The position numbers were made by a program, and so were the translations under genes. A stretch of DNA of 42,222 nucleotides from Chloroflexota bacterium (GTDB lineage Bacteria; Chloroflexota; Limnocylindria; Limnocylindrales; CSP1-4): the NCBI GenBank assembly GCA_031361415.1, contig JANMCU010000038.1, positions 1-42,222 on the forward strand, given 5' to 3'. Positions 8,739 through 17,805 of the stretch are shown in pieces. Every line of letters begins with the position of its first letter. Position 1 is the first letter of the stretch. Under the pieces are notes generated by a model that saw nothing but the letters and a program-made list of their open reading frames with translations, was not told where the DNA came from and did no database searches.

Positions 8739-9392
8739 ATGGACGCTCGGAAGTACCTCGCGGAGCTGGTCGGAACGTTCATTCTGGTCGTCGTCGGGTC
8801 GATGACGATCGTCGCCGCCGGCGCGATGGGCAGCCCGATCCAGGTCGTCGTCCCGTTCGGCTTCGGCCTCGGGCTCCTCGCGGCGATCCAGTCAGCGGGT
8901 TACGTTTCGGGCGGACACTTCAACCCGGCTGTCACGCTCGGCGCGCTGCTCGACCGCCGGATCGACCTCATGAATGCGGTCGGCTACTGGGTCGCCCAGG
9001 TGATCGGCGCGATCGCGGCGTCGGCCACCGTGCTGCTCGTGGCCAACCAGGCGGCGGTGCAGTCGACGGCCAGCGGCGCGCCCGCCGGCAAGCTGCTGAA
9101 TGCGTTCGCAGTCGAGGTGCTCCTGACCGCGATCTTCCTGCTCGTCATCCTGACCGTCACGAAGCGCGCCCCGAACCATGCCGCGTTCGCGATCCCGCTG
9201 ACCCTGACCGTGATCCATTTCGCCGGAATCCCGTTCAGCGGCGCCTCGGTCAACCCCGCGCGGTCCCTCGCGCCTGCGCTCGTCGGCGGCACGCTCGACC
9301 AGACGATCATCGTCTGGATCGCCGGTCCGCTGGTCGGTGCGGTGCTCGGATGGGCCGTCTATCGGGCGCTCGAGGATGGGTCAACGCGCTGA
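8739..9392 (+). CDS. MIP family channel (aquaporin/glycerol facilitator type)
   Basis: Two NPA boxes (GGHFNPAVTLG and GASVNPARSLAPA) and six hydrophobic segments. GGAGGA lies 4 nt upstream of the ATG at 8739. An in-frame GTG at 8712 is an alternative start. Confidence 0.9.
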   Translation: MDARKYLAELVGTFILVVVGSMTIVAAGAMGSPIQVVVPFGFGLGLLAAIQSAGYVSGGHFNPAVTLGALLDRRIDLMNAVGYWVAQVIGAIAASATVLLVANQAAVQSTASGAPAGKLLNAFAVEVLLTAIFLLVILTVTKRAPNHAAFAIPLTLTVIHFAGIPFSGASVNPARSLAPALVGGTLDQTIIVWIAGPLVGAVLGWAVYRALEDGSTR

Positions 9393-9781
9393 TCGACGAC
9401 CCACGAGTCCGGCCGGCCGGTCCGCTCCGGTTGACGGGCCCCATCCGTCATGCCGGCACAATCAGAATGCTCGCGCCGCCGCATCCGGCACAACCCAACG
9501 TCGATCCTTCCGCGATCGACGGCTCGATGCTTGAGATCCCGGGCCTCGCGGCCCTCGCCGGCGCCATGGTCATCACCCGCCACGAGATGCGGTCCGGGCT
9601 CCAGCCGGCGACCTGTCGGGAGTGTGCCCACTGCCGAAGCCGCGCCGCCGCGGAGGCGCTCGAGACGGAGCGACTCGCGCGCGAGTGTTCGGCACGGGTC
9701 GGCCTGCCTGACAAGGACGACGACGACCACCGGCGAATCGACGAGCGCGAGCTCGTCGTGATCAGCGGCCAGTGGCCCCGG

Positions 9782-10342
9782 TCAGCGATCGGGGTGGCTG
9801 AACCGGCGGGCATTGCCCATCGCCGGCCACGCCCGGGCCTGCGCGTTCGCGAGCAGCTGCCGGAGGTGGTTGCGGTCGTGGAACACCCACTCGTGGAGCA
9901 GGTTCCGGACCGTGATCCGGCCGACCCGGTCATGGACCGCGAACCGATCGAGATCCTCGTGGGCGAGTCCGGAAACGAGCGCGATGCCCTCGTCGCGGGC
10001 TGACCGGAACTCGTCGAGAATGGCAGCGACCGACCGCTCGTTGTCACGACGCGCCGCGGCGACCACGACCTGGTCCCAGCCCCGCTCGGAGATGCCGTCC
10101 TCGACGAGGATCCGCCTGATCCGGCCCGCGAACCCGCGCAGATCGGCCTCGATGATGTGGCCGAGGCATTCATTGGCGGACCACTCACCGGACGCAGGGC
10201 GCCAGCGAGCCCACTGGTCGCCGAGGGCCAGCAGCTCGGTCTCGATGTGGTCGCGGGCAGCCCGCAGGAGGTCGGCGATCTGGATCGGCGCGAGCGGTTC
10301 CAGGCCGTCCGTCGGGTTGACGTCCGCCGGGTCGAACGGCAT
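9782..10342 (-). CDS. DinB family (DinB_2) metal-dependent protein
   Basis: 186 aa; [15 protein letters not shown] ... [15 protein letters not shown] (His triad pattern of the DinB four-helix bundle). The ATG overlaps the stop of the upstream ATPase gene (TGATG). Confidence 0.75.
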   Translation of the reverse strand: MPFDPADVNPTDGLEPLAPIQIADLLRAARDHIETELLALGDQWARWRPASGEWSANECLGHIIEADLRGFAGRIRRILVEDGISERGWDQVVVAAARRDNERSVAAILDEFRSARDEGIALVSGLAHEDLDRFAVHDRVGRITVRNLLHEWVFHDRNHLRQLLANAQARAWPAMGNARRFSHPDR

Positions 10343-11496
10343 CAGGCGTCGAGCGCCGCCGACGCAACGGAGCCGGCGCTCGTCGCGGCAGGGCCGATGC
10401 TCACGGCGGCGGACACCGGGGCCGCGATCCCGGGCTTTACCACCTCGCCGAGATGGTGGGGCGGCAGGACCGGCAACGATCGGCCGCCCTCCGCCAGCCA
10501 GCAGGCGGCCTGATGCCCGGCTCCGACGTCGAACAGCGGCGGCTCCTCGACGCGGCAGCGGTCGAACGCGTACGGGCAGCGCGGATGGAAGCGACATCCG
10601 GTCGGGACGTGGGCGGCATCCGGCGTCTCGCCGACCAGGATCGTCCGCTTCGCGCGCTTGCCCTCGGTCGGCGGGTCGGGCGACGGCGAGACCGACACGA
10701 GCGCCTGGGTGTAGGGGTTGTGCGGCAAGCGGATCACCTGTTCGGCCGGTCCGATCTCGAGGATCTTGCCGAGATACATCACGGCGATGCGGTCGGCGAT
10801 GACCCACGCCAGCGACAGGTCGTGGGTGATGAACAGGTACGTCAGGCCGCGCTCTGCGCGCAGGTCGAGCATCAGCCGGAGCAGCTCGGTCCGGATCGAG
10901 ACGTCGAGCATCGAGACGGGCTCGTCTGCAACGATCAGGTCGGGGCCCATGACGAGGGCTCCCGCGATCACCACGCGCTGGCGCTGACCACCGGACAGCT
11001 CGTGCGGGTAGCGGAACGCGAAATCGGCGGCCGGCCGGAGCCCGGCCGCCTCGAGAGCGCCGAACGCCCGGCGCTGGCGGTCGGCCGCGTCCATGCCGAG
11101 GTTGTTGACGACGAGTGGCTCCATCACGAAGTCGTTGATCGTCTGCTTCGGGTTGAGCGTCTCGTACGGGTCCTGGAAGATCAGCTGGACGCGCCGCCGG
11201 TACTCCCGCAGCCGCCCGACACCCCACAGGTCGGACACATCGGTCCCGTCGAAGGTCATCCGTCCGCCGGTCTGCCGGGTGAGCTTGACGATCACCCGCC
11301 CGGTCGTGGTCTTGCCGCTGCCGGACTCGCCGACGAGGGCCAGCACCTCGCCGCGGCGCAGCGTCAGGTCGATCCCGTCGACGGCCCGGATGACTCCGCG
11401 CGACCGACGGAGCAGCGTATCCCCGAGGCTGCCGCGGATCGGGAAATGGACGCTCAGCCCGTCGATCCGGAACAGGTCGTCGCCCGACGCGGTCAT
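10342..11496 (-). CDS. Peptide ABC transporter ATP-binding protein (OppF/DppF-like)
   Basis: Walker [25 protein letters not shown], Walker [15 protein letters not shown], plus the C-terminal oligopeptide-type Cys-rich extension ([14 protein letters not shown]). The start at M67 of the 450-aa ORF overlaps the upstream stop by 4 nt. Confidence 0.9.
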   Translation of the reverse strand: MTASGDDLFRIDGLSVHFPIRGSLGDTLLRRSRGVIRAVDGIDLTLRRGEVLALVGESGSGKTTTGRVIVKLTRQTGGRMTFDGTDVSDLWGVGRLREYRRRVQLIFQDPYETLNPKQTINDFVMEPLVVNNLGMDAADRQRRAFGALEAAGLRPAADFAFRYPHELSGGQRQRVVIAGALVMGPDLIVADEPVSMLDVSIRTELLRLMLDLRAERGLTYLFITHDLSLAWVIADRIAVMYLGKILEIGPAEQVIRLPHNPYTQALVSVSPSPDPPTEGKRAKRTILVGETPDAAHVPTGCRFHPRCPYAFDRCRVEEPPLFDVGAGHQAACWLAEGGRSLPVLPPHHLGEVVKPGIAAPVSAAVSIGPAATSAGSVASAALDA

Positions 11497-12749
11497 GACG
11501 GCCCCGGCACGATCGGCTCCGCCTCCGACGGCGGCGGAACGAGCGGCATCGTCGCTCCGATCGCGTTCGGCGGCGGCGTCGTGACTGGCCGTCCATCGCT
11601 GCCCGGCGGGTACAAGTGGCAGGCGACGCGAACGCCGCCGAACGTGACCTCGGGCGGAACGACCTCGCTGCAGATGGCCATCGCCGACGTGCAACGCGGC
11701 GCGAAGCGGCAGCCGGGCGGCGGCGTCCGCAGGTCGGGCGGGGCGCCCGGGATGACATCGAGCGTTCGCCGGTCGGCGCGGATGTTCGGGAACGACGAGA
11801 CGAGCTTCTGGGTATACGGGTGGCGCGGCCGGCGGAAGACCTCGTCGACCGAGCCTTCTTCGGCCACCCGGCCGGCATACATCACCAGGACCCGATCGCA
11901 GGTCTCGGCGACCACCGACAGGTCGTGCGTGATCAGGATGAGCGACAGCCCGAGCTTCGTCCGAAGGTCCTCGAGGAGCTCGAGGATCTGGGCCTGGACC
12001 ATGACATCGAGCGCCGTCGTCGGTTCGTCACCGATGACCAGGGCGGGGTCGCAGGCGAGCGCCATCGCGATCATCGCCCGCTGGCGCATGCCGCCTGACA
12101 GCTCGTGGGGGTAGCTGTTCCCGCGCTTGCCCGGAATGCCCACGAGCTCCAGGAGCTCGTGGGCGCGGGCGCGGCTCGCGGGCTTCGACTCGCCGAGCCG
12201 GTGCTCGATCGGCTCGGCGATCTGATCGATCACGCGGCGGACGGGATTGAGCGCGTTCATCGCGCCCTGGAACACGATCGAAACCTCGCGCCAGCGATAA
12301 CGCCGAAGCTGATTCTCACTCTTCTTGACGAGGTCGATCCCCATCAGCCGGATCTCGCCCCCCGCGATCCGCCCGTTCGACGGCAGGATCTGGACGAGCG
12401 AGAGCGCCGTCGTCGTCTTGCCGCACCCGGACTCGCCGACGATCCCGAGGGCCTCGCCGTAGTCGAGCTGGAAGCTGACGCCGTCGACCGCCCGAACGGT
12501 CCCGCTCGCGAGCGAGAAGTACGTCTTGAGGTCGCGGACCTCGAGGAGTGGTGCCTTGGCGTCGGCCTGCTTCGGGAGCGGCCATTTCCGCCGGCCGCGG
12601 ATCGCCATGGCGTGTTCGATCGCCGCCCGGCGCCTCTCGCGGAACCGATCCGTCACAGCGACACCGTTCGCCGCGACAGGGTCGTCTGTCTCGACGGGCT
12701 GGCCGACCGCGTTGTCAGCCGCGACCGACTCGTTCGCTGGCAACGTCAC
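11493..12749 (-). CDS. Peptide ABC transporter ATP-binding protein (OppD/DppD-like)
   Basis: [41 protein letters not shown] and C-terminal CRFAPRC. GTG at 12749 overlaps the permease stop (GTGA). ATG at 12608 (MAIRGRRKW) is an alternative start. Confidence 0.85.
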   Translation of the reverse strand: MTLPANESVAADNAVGQPVETDDPVAANGVAVTDRFRERRRAAIEHAMAIRGRRKWPLPKQADAKAPLLEVRDLKTYFSLASGTVRAVDGVSFQLDYGEALGIVGESGCGKTTTALSLVQILPSNGRIAGGEIRLMGIDLVKKSENQLRRYRWREVSIVFQGAMNALNPVRRVIDQIAEPIEHRLGESKPASRARAHELLELVGIPGKRGNSYPHELSGGMRQRAMIAMALACDPALVIGDEPTTALDVMVQAQILELLEDLRTKLGLSLILITHDLSVVAETCDRVLVMYAGRVAEEGSVDEVFRRPRHPYTQKLVSSFPNIRADRRTLDVIPGAPPDLRTPPPGCRFAPRCTSAMAICSEVVPPEVTFGGVRVACHLYPPGSDGRPVTTPPPNAIGATMPLVPPPSEAEPIVPGPS

Positions 12750-13696
12750 CTTCGCGACCCGATCTTCGGATTCAGGACGTCGTCGAGGGCGTTTCCGACG
12801 AGGGTGAACCCGAGCACCACGAGGACGACGCAGGCCGCCGGCGGTGCGATGTACCACCACGCCCCGAGCCCTGGCGCGCCCGTTGCCTGAGCCGAGTTGA
12901 GGATCTCGCCCCAGGACGGCTGGAACGGATCGCCGAGGCCGATGAACGACAGGGTCGTCTCGGTGAAGACGGCGGTCGCGAATGTCAGGACCGTCTGGGC
13001 GACGATCAGGTTGACGACATTCGGGAAGATGTGGCGGCGCATGATCCGGCCCGGGCCGCTGCCGATCACCCGGGCGCGGTCGACGAACATCCGCTCCTTC
13101 ACCGACAGGACCTGGCTGCGGATGATCCGGGCAGTCGTTGCCCACGACGTCAGACCGATCACGATCACGATGACGAGGAGCGTCGCCCGGATGCCGAAGA
13201 ACTCGGCGTCCGGCCCGATCCCGTCGAGGATGATCGGAGCGAGGATGATCGCGAGCACGAACGTCGGCAGGACCAGGAAGAAGTCGGTCAGCCGCATCAG
13301 GATCGCGTCGGTCCGCCCGCCGATGTAGCCCGCGACGATGCCGATCGTCGCCCCGACGAGGATCGTGATCACGGTCGCGAGGAAACCGATCGTCATCGAG
13401 ATCCGTGCGCCGTGGACGGTCAGGTTGAGCATGTCCCGGCCGAGCTCGTCGGTCCCGAAGGGGTGGCCCGCGCCCGGCGGCTGGAGCGAGCTGCCAGTCG
13501 CGGTCGTCGCGGTCTCGAGCGGACCGACGATCAGCTGCGGTGCCACCGCGAGCAGGCCGAACGCGGTGAGGACGATCAGCCCGATGATGCCATCCCGCCG
13601 CCGGCCGAACTGGCGGACGAACTGGCGTGCGCTGCGGGCCCGGAGCCGCCATGCCTCGCGCCTGGCGTTCGGCTGGACGATCAGCGCGGCGCTCAC
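12746..13696 (-). CDS. Peptide ABC transporter permease (OppC/DppC-like)
   Basis: 316-aa polytopic protein with BPD-transporter core; 4-nt overlaps with both neighbours. Confidence 0.9.
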   Translation of the reverse strand: MSAALIVQPNARREAWRLRARSARQFVRQFGRRRDGIIGLIVLTAFGLLAVAPQLIVGPLETATTATGSSLQPPGAGHPFGTDELGRDMLNLTVHGARISMTIGFLATVITILVGATIGIVAGYIGGRTDAILMRLTDFFLVLPTFVLAIILAPIILDGIGPDAEFFGIRATLLVIVIVIGLTSWATTARIIRSQVLSVKERMFVDRARVIGSGPGRIMRRHIFPNVVNLIVAQTVLTFATAVFTETTLSFIGLGDPFQPSWGEILNSAQATGAPGLGAWWYIAPPAACVVLVVLGFTLVGNALDDVLNPKIGSRR

Positions 13697-14664
13697 GCGT
13701 GGACCCGCGGATCGAGCAGACCGTAGAGGAGGTCGGCCGCCAGGTTCGCGATCACGACCGCAATCGACAGGAGCAGGAAGATCCCCTGCAGGACCGGGTA
13801 GTCACGCTCGTCGAGGGCATTGATCGTCAGCGTCCCGAGACCCGGCCAGTTGAAGACGATCTCGGCCGTGATCGCCCCCGCGACCACGTAGCCGAGGTTG
13901 ATCGCGATGATCGTGACCATCGGCAGCAGGGCGTTCGGGAAGGCATGCGACCGGAGCTGGCGGAAGTCGCTGATCCCCTTCGCTCGGGCCGTCGTCATGT
14001 AATCCTCGGAGCGGGTCTCGAGGATCGCCGAGCGCATGATGATCGAATAGCTCCCGATCAGGCCCAGCGACACCGTCGCGAGCGGCAGGACGAGATGCCG
14101 GCCGATGTCGACGACCTGTCCGACGAAGTCCTTGCTCGACACGCTCACCGAGCTCATCCCCGACGTCGGGAACCAGTGGAGGCCGGCCGCGAAGATGATG
14201 ATCAGGGGCATCCCGATCACGAAATACGGCATGGAGTAGAGGATCAGGCTGGCGCCGCTCCCGACTCGGTCGACCAGGCCGCCGCGTTTCCAGCCGGCAT
14301 ATGCGCCGATCGCGAGCCCGATGATGATCGCGACGATCTCCCCGAGCCCGATCAGCAGGACCGTCGGCCACAGGAAGTCGCTGATCACGTCGACGACCGG
14401 CCGGTTCTGGAACTTGATCGAGTAGCCGAGATCGCCGCTCGCGGTCGACTGGAGGTAGGCGACGAGCTGGTCCGGGATGAGCGGCCTGTCGAGGCCCCAG
14501 CGGCTTCGGAGGGCATCGAGCTGCTCGAGGCTCATGTGGGGGTTGTGGAGGAGGCGCTCGGGCGACCCCGGCATCATCCGGAACAGCATGAAGTTGAGGA
14601 TCACGATTGCGACGATCGTGACGAGGGCGCGCACGACCTGGCGGATCAGATAGCGCGAGCCCAA
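13693..14664 (-). CDS. Peptide ABC transporter permease (OppB/DppB-like)
   Basis: 323 aa with typical OppB N-terminus (YLIRQVVRALVTIVAIVILNFMLFRMMPG) and a BPD core. TTG start with GAGGAGG 7 nt upstream. Confidence 0.9.
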   Translation of the reverse strand: MGSRYLIRQVVRALVTIVAIVILNFMLFRMMPGSPERLLHNPHMSLEQLDALRSRWGLDRPLIPDQLVAYLQSTASGDLGYSIKFQNRPVVDVISDFLWPTVLLIGLGEIVAIIIGLAIGAYAGWKRGGLVDRVGSGASLILYSMPYFVIGMPLIIIFAAGLHWFPTSGMSSVSVSSKDFVGQVVDIGRHLVLPLATVSLGLIGSYSIIMRSAILETRSEDYMTTARAKGISDFRQLRSHAFPNALLPMVTIIAINLGYVVAGAITAEIVFNWPGLGTLTINALDERDYPVLQGIFLLLSIAVVIANLAADLLYGLLDPRVHA

Positions 14665-14713
14665 CGTGATGCCTCCTCAGCCGACCGGATGAGTTCGCGA
14701 CCAGCGACCGATC

Positions 14714-14753
14714 CCCGGGCACGGCCCGCCCCGAGGAGCGAGTCGTGCCCGGG
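14714..14753 (-). promoter_or_regulatory. Intercistronic stem-loop between the binding-protein and permease genes
   Basis: Perfect 10-bp arms CCCGGGCACG / CGTGCCCGGG (14714-14723 and 14744-14753) with a 20-nt loop. It lies in the 96-nt gap after the binding-protein stop. That is the classic position for an mRNA-stabilising or attenuating hairpin in ABC importer operons. Confidence 0.45.
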
Positions 14754-14760
14754 TCGACGG

Positions 14761-16677
14761 TTATTCGTCCTCGGCGGCCGTGCCTCGCCGGCGACCGGCC
14801 ACGATCACGCCCGCAACGATCACGATGACGACGACCACGAGGAGGATCAGGCCGACGCTCGGCCCGCTCGAGCTCGCGTTGCCGCTGTCGACCGGGGCCG
14901 CCGATGCCGCCGGGGTCGATGCCCCGGGGGCGGCGGGCGAGGCCGTGTCGCTGCTGGCGGACGGCGCTGCTGACGGGATCGCGGTCGCGTCCTTCAGGAG
15001 GGTGTAGTTGATCGTCCCGTAGCTGAAGAGCGGGGTGCCGTTCGACGGCATGTTCACCCAGCCGGTGAACCGGTCGGTGCGGTAGGCGACGAGGTTCGCG
15101 TCGTAGTACAGGATGTCGTACGGCGCCTCGTTGTAGATGAGGTTCTGCATCTGGGCGAGGACGGCCTTGCGGGCGTCACCCGAGAGCTTCAGCTGCTGGT
15201 CGTACAGATCGTCGTAGGCCTTGTTGCAATAGAGGCTGTCGGACGTCCCGCCGATCGCATCGCAGCGGAAGATCTGGAGCAGGGCGTTCGGGTCCGGGCT
15301 CCCGGACCAGCCCCACAGCTCGATGTCGTATTTGGCGGTGTTGCCCTTGCCGGCCTCCGGTGGCAGGAGCAGCGAGGTCAGCGCGTCGCTGTCCATGACC
15401 GTCGTGCTGACCTTGATGCCGAGCTGGCCATACCAGTCCTTGATGAACGCCGCCGCCTTCGGATAGTTGGCATCCGAGTTCGGCATGTACATCCGAAGGC
15501 TGATTGGCTTGCCTTCCTTGTCGAGTCGGTTGCCGCTCGCGTCGAGGGGGTAGCCGGCCACGAGGAGCAGCGACTTGGCCTTCTCGATGTCGAAGGTCCG
15601 AGGCTTGTCGGGGGTGACGTGGAATTGGTTCAGGACCGGCGGCACGTTCGTGTCGCCGACGTCGCCGAAACCGCCGAGGATCCGGTCGACGAGGGTCTTC
15701 TTGTCGACCGCGTAGCCGAGCGCGTCACGGAACGCCGGGTCCTGGAGAGCCTTCGTCGAGGCGCCGCCGTTCGGGATCGTCTTGCCCGTCCCGGTTCCGT
15801 AGGTGTTGAAGGCGAGCTGGGTCCAGCCGTTTGCCGACCCGACGACGGTCTTGACGTTCGGCTCCGTCTGCAGGGCCTTGAGCTGGTCCGCGTTCGGATC
15901 TCGGGCGTAATCGATCTCACCGGCCTTCAGGGCCTGGACCATCGTGTCGGGGGTCTTGAAGAACTGAATGACGACCTGGTCCTCGAACCCCTGGGTGCCC
16001 CAGTAGTTCGGGTTCCGGACGAACCGGACGAACTGGCCGGTCTTCCACTCGGCGAGGGTGTACGGGCCGGTGCCGACGAGGGGGGCGGTGAACGTGGCGT
16101 CGCCCATCGTCTTGTACGTCTTCGTGCCCCAGATGTGCTTGGGCAGGATCGGGACGTAGGCCTGATAGACCCGGTCCGACTGGTCGTCGGTCGTCAGGAT
16201 CAACGTCTGGTCGTCGGGGCACTCGGCCTTGGTGACGCCGGCGTCCTTGACGTTCGGGTCGATGTAGCCGAGGCCGATGCTCTTGCCGGCCTTGACCGCG
16301 TCGATGTTCAACTGCCACGAGAAGCAGGCGTCCTGGGCGTTCGCGGGCTGGCCGTCGGACCACTTCATCCCTGTCCGGATGTGGAACTTGACCGAGTGCC
16401 CGTCTGAGGACCGCGCCCACGTGTCGGCGAAACCGGGGACCGGCTCGGCGTTCTCGCCGAAGTCGACGAGGAGGTTGTAGGTCAGGGCGAAGGCTTCGTA
16501 GCCGACCACGAGCGCGGTGTTGTACGGGTTGATGGAATCGAGATCCTGGGTCGTGCCGACATGGAGGACGACGGGGTCGGCGGCCCTCGTCGCGCTGGCC
16601 GCCGGCAGGATCGCCGACAGCGCGAGGGCGAACGCGGCCAGGGCCCGGGCGGCGCGGTCTCGCAGAGGCGAACGCAT
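14761..16677 (-). CDS. ABC transporter substrate-binding protein, family 5 (peptide/nickel), with a C-terminal transmembrane anchor
   Basis: The start at MRSPLRDRAARALAAFALALSAILPAASATRA (signal peptide, no lipobox Cys) has GGAGGAGGAG just upstream. The family-5 SBP body runs VGTTQDLDSINPYN...WKWSDGQP...NPNYWG. The C-terminus is an S/A/P-rich linker, then VGLILLVVVVIVIVAGVIVAG and RRRG. The N-terminal part of the 880-aa ORF is out-of-gene read-through. Confidence 0.85.
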   Translation of the reverse strand: MRSPLRDRAARALAAFALALSAILPAASATRAADPVVLHVGTTQDLDSINPYNTALVVGYEAFALTYNLLVDFGENAEPVPGFADTWARSSDGHSVKFHIRTGMKWSDGQPANAQDACFSWQLNIDAVKAGKSIGLGYIDPNVKDAGVTKAECPDDQTLILTTDDQSDRVYQAYVPILPKHIWGTKTYKTMGDATFTAPLVGTGPYTLAEWKTGQFVRFVRNPNYWGTQGFEDQVVIQFFKTPDTMVQALKAGEIDYARDPNADQLKALQTEPNVKTVVGSANGWTQLAFNTYGTGTGKTIPNGGASTKALQDPAFRDALGYAVDKKTLVDRILGGFGDVGDTNVPPVLNQFHVTPDKPRTFDIEKAKSLLLVAGYPLDASGNRLDKEGKPISLRMYMPNSDANYPKAAAFIKDWYGQLGIKVSTTVMDSDALTSLLLPPEAGKGNTAKYDIELWGWSGSPDPNALLQIFRCDAIGGTSDSLYCNKAYDDLYDQQLKLSGDARKAVLAQMQNLIYNEAPYDILYYDANLVAYRTDRFTGWVNMPSNGTPLFSYGTINYTLLKDATAIPSAAPSASSDTASPAAPGASTPAASAAPVDSGNASSSGPSVGLILLVVVVIVIVAGVIVAGRRRGTAAEDE

Positions 16678-16829
16678 ACGACTCCTCCTCCTCGTGCGCG
16701 GCCCGCACCCTGTGGCGCAAGTCCGCGTGCCACGACCTCCTCCCCGCGAAGGTGCCGGGAGTCTGTCACGGCGGTCGGTCGCGCGGCAAGTGCGGATCGC
16801 ACCGCGCGCCGACAGCCTCGGCAGTTTCG

Positions 16830-17798
16830 TCAATCGGCGGTCACGACCTCCTCCACGATGAGCGTGCCGGTGTCCGCGTCGAGCGTGGCGAGGGCGCCGA
16901 GCGGGACGGTCGCATGGTGCTTGTTGTGGCCGATCGGAAGGCCGAAGACCAGCGGCAGCCCGAGCGGGGCGAGAACCTCCTCGACGATGTCCTCGGCGGA
17001 CAGCTCTGCGATCCCGCCGGACCATTTCGTCTTGATGTCGCCGACGACGATCCCGACCGCGCCATCGAACAGGCCGGCGTTCCGGAGCTGGGTGAGGATC
17101 CCGTCGAGGATGTAGCCCTCGTTGTCGATCTCCTCGAGAACGACGATCCGGCCTCGGAAATCGGGCTGGAGACGGGTTCCGATCGCGCTGCTCAGCAGCC
17201 CCGCACAACCGCCGGTCAGGCGGCCGGTCGCCCGACCGCCGACGATCGTCCGGACGTACGGATCGTCCGGGTTCGGGCCGATCTGGCCGTAGGGCTCGGA
17301 GCTGAACAGGGCGCGTCGGAGGCTCGCCCTGGAGAACTCGGTGACCTCGGGCGCGCCGATGCCGGTGACTCCGTTCGAGTAGAAGCTGACCACGTTGGCC
17401 CACCGCTGCTGGGCGAGATGGAGCGTGGTCAGGTCGCTGTAGCCGCAGATCGCCTTCGGGTTGGCGGCGAACGCGGCCTCGTCGAGGAGCGGGATGAGGC
17501 GGGGCATCCCGTAGCCACCCTGGAGGCAGACGATCGCACGGACCTCGGGATCGGCCAGCGCGGCGTGCAGGTCGGCCGCCCGATCCTCGTCGCGACCGGC
17601 CATGTACCCGTGGCGATCATCGACGTGGGCGCCGAGCTTCACCCGGAGGCCCCACGCCTCGAGGCCGGCCACGCCGCGCAGGAGCTCGCTCCGGTTCTCC
17701 CAGCTGCTGGCGGGGGCGACGACACCGACCGTGTCGCCCTCGTGCAGGCGGCGCGGCTTGCGCGGGACCGCCGTGCGGTCGTCGGCGACGGGGCTCAT
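16830..17798 (-). CDS. ldcA: LD-carboxypeptidase (peptidase S66, muramoyltetrapeptide carboxypeptidase)
   Basis: GDTVGVVAPASS, GYMAGRDEDRAADLHAAL, IVCLQGGYG, nucleophile CGYSDLTTLH and C-terminal GHNKHHATVPLG match the S66 family. Confidence 0.85.
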   Translation of the reverse strand: MSPVADDRTAVPRKPRRLHEGDTVGVVAPASSWENRSELLRGVAGLEAWGLRVKLGAHVDDRHGYMAGRDEDRAADLHAALADPEVRAIVCLQGGYGMPRLIPLLDEAAFAANPKAICGYSDLTTLHLAQQRWANVVSFYSNGVTGIGAPEVTEFSRASLRRALFSSEPYGQIGPNPDDPYVRTIVGGRATGRLTGGCAGLLSSAIGTRLQPDFRGRIVVLEEIDNEGYILDGILTQLRNAGLFDGAVGIVVGDIKTKWSGGIAELSAEDIVEEVLAPLGLPLVFGLPIGHNKHHATVPLGALATLDADTGTLIVEEVVTAD

Positions 17799-17805
17799 CG
17801 ACTTG

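Noticed and set aside
9466-10003. Coding-looking plus-strand ORF in the aquaporin/DinB convergent spacer (…MLEIPGLAALAGAMVITRHEMRSGLQPATCRECAHCRSRAAAEALETERLARE…), with high GC3 and a CxxCxxC.
   Set aside because: The frame has no stop until 10003, so it would overlap about 220 nt of the well-supported DinB gene on the opposite strand. I recognise no SD or family. It may be a real small gene obscured by an indel, but I cannot define it.
14761-17403. Very long merged ORFs suggesting giant proteins: 880 aa at 14761..17403, 698 aa at 9782..11878, 719 aa at 11493..13652, 878 aa at 26258..28894, 618 aa at 20431..22287 and 862 aa at 20620..23208.
   Set aside because: In each case only the C-terminal part has real protein motifs. 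The N-terminal extension is an open frame running across the neighbouring gene. Internal starts with SD sites or stop/start overlaps give normal-sized proteins.
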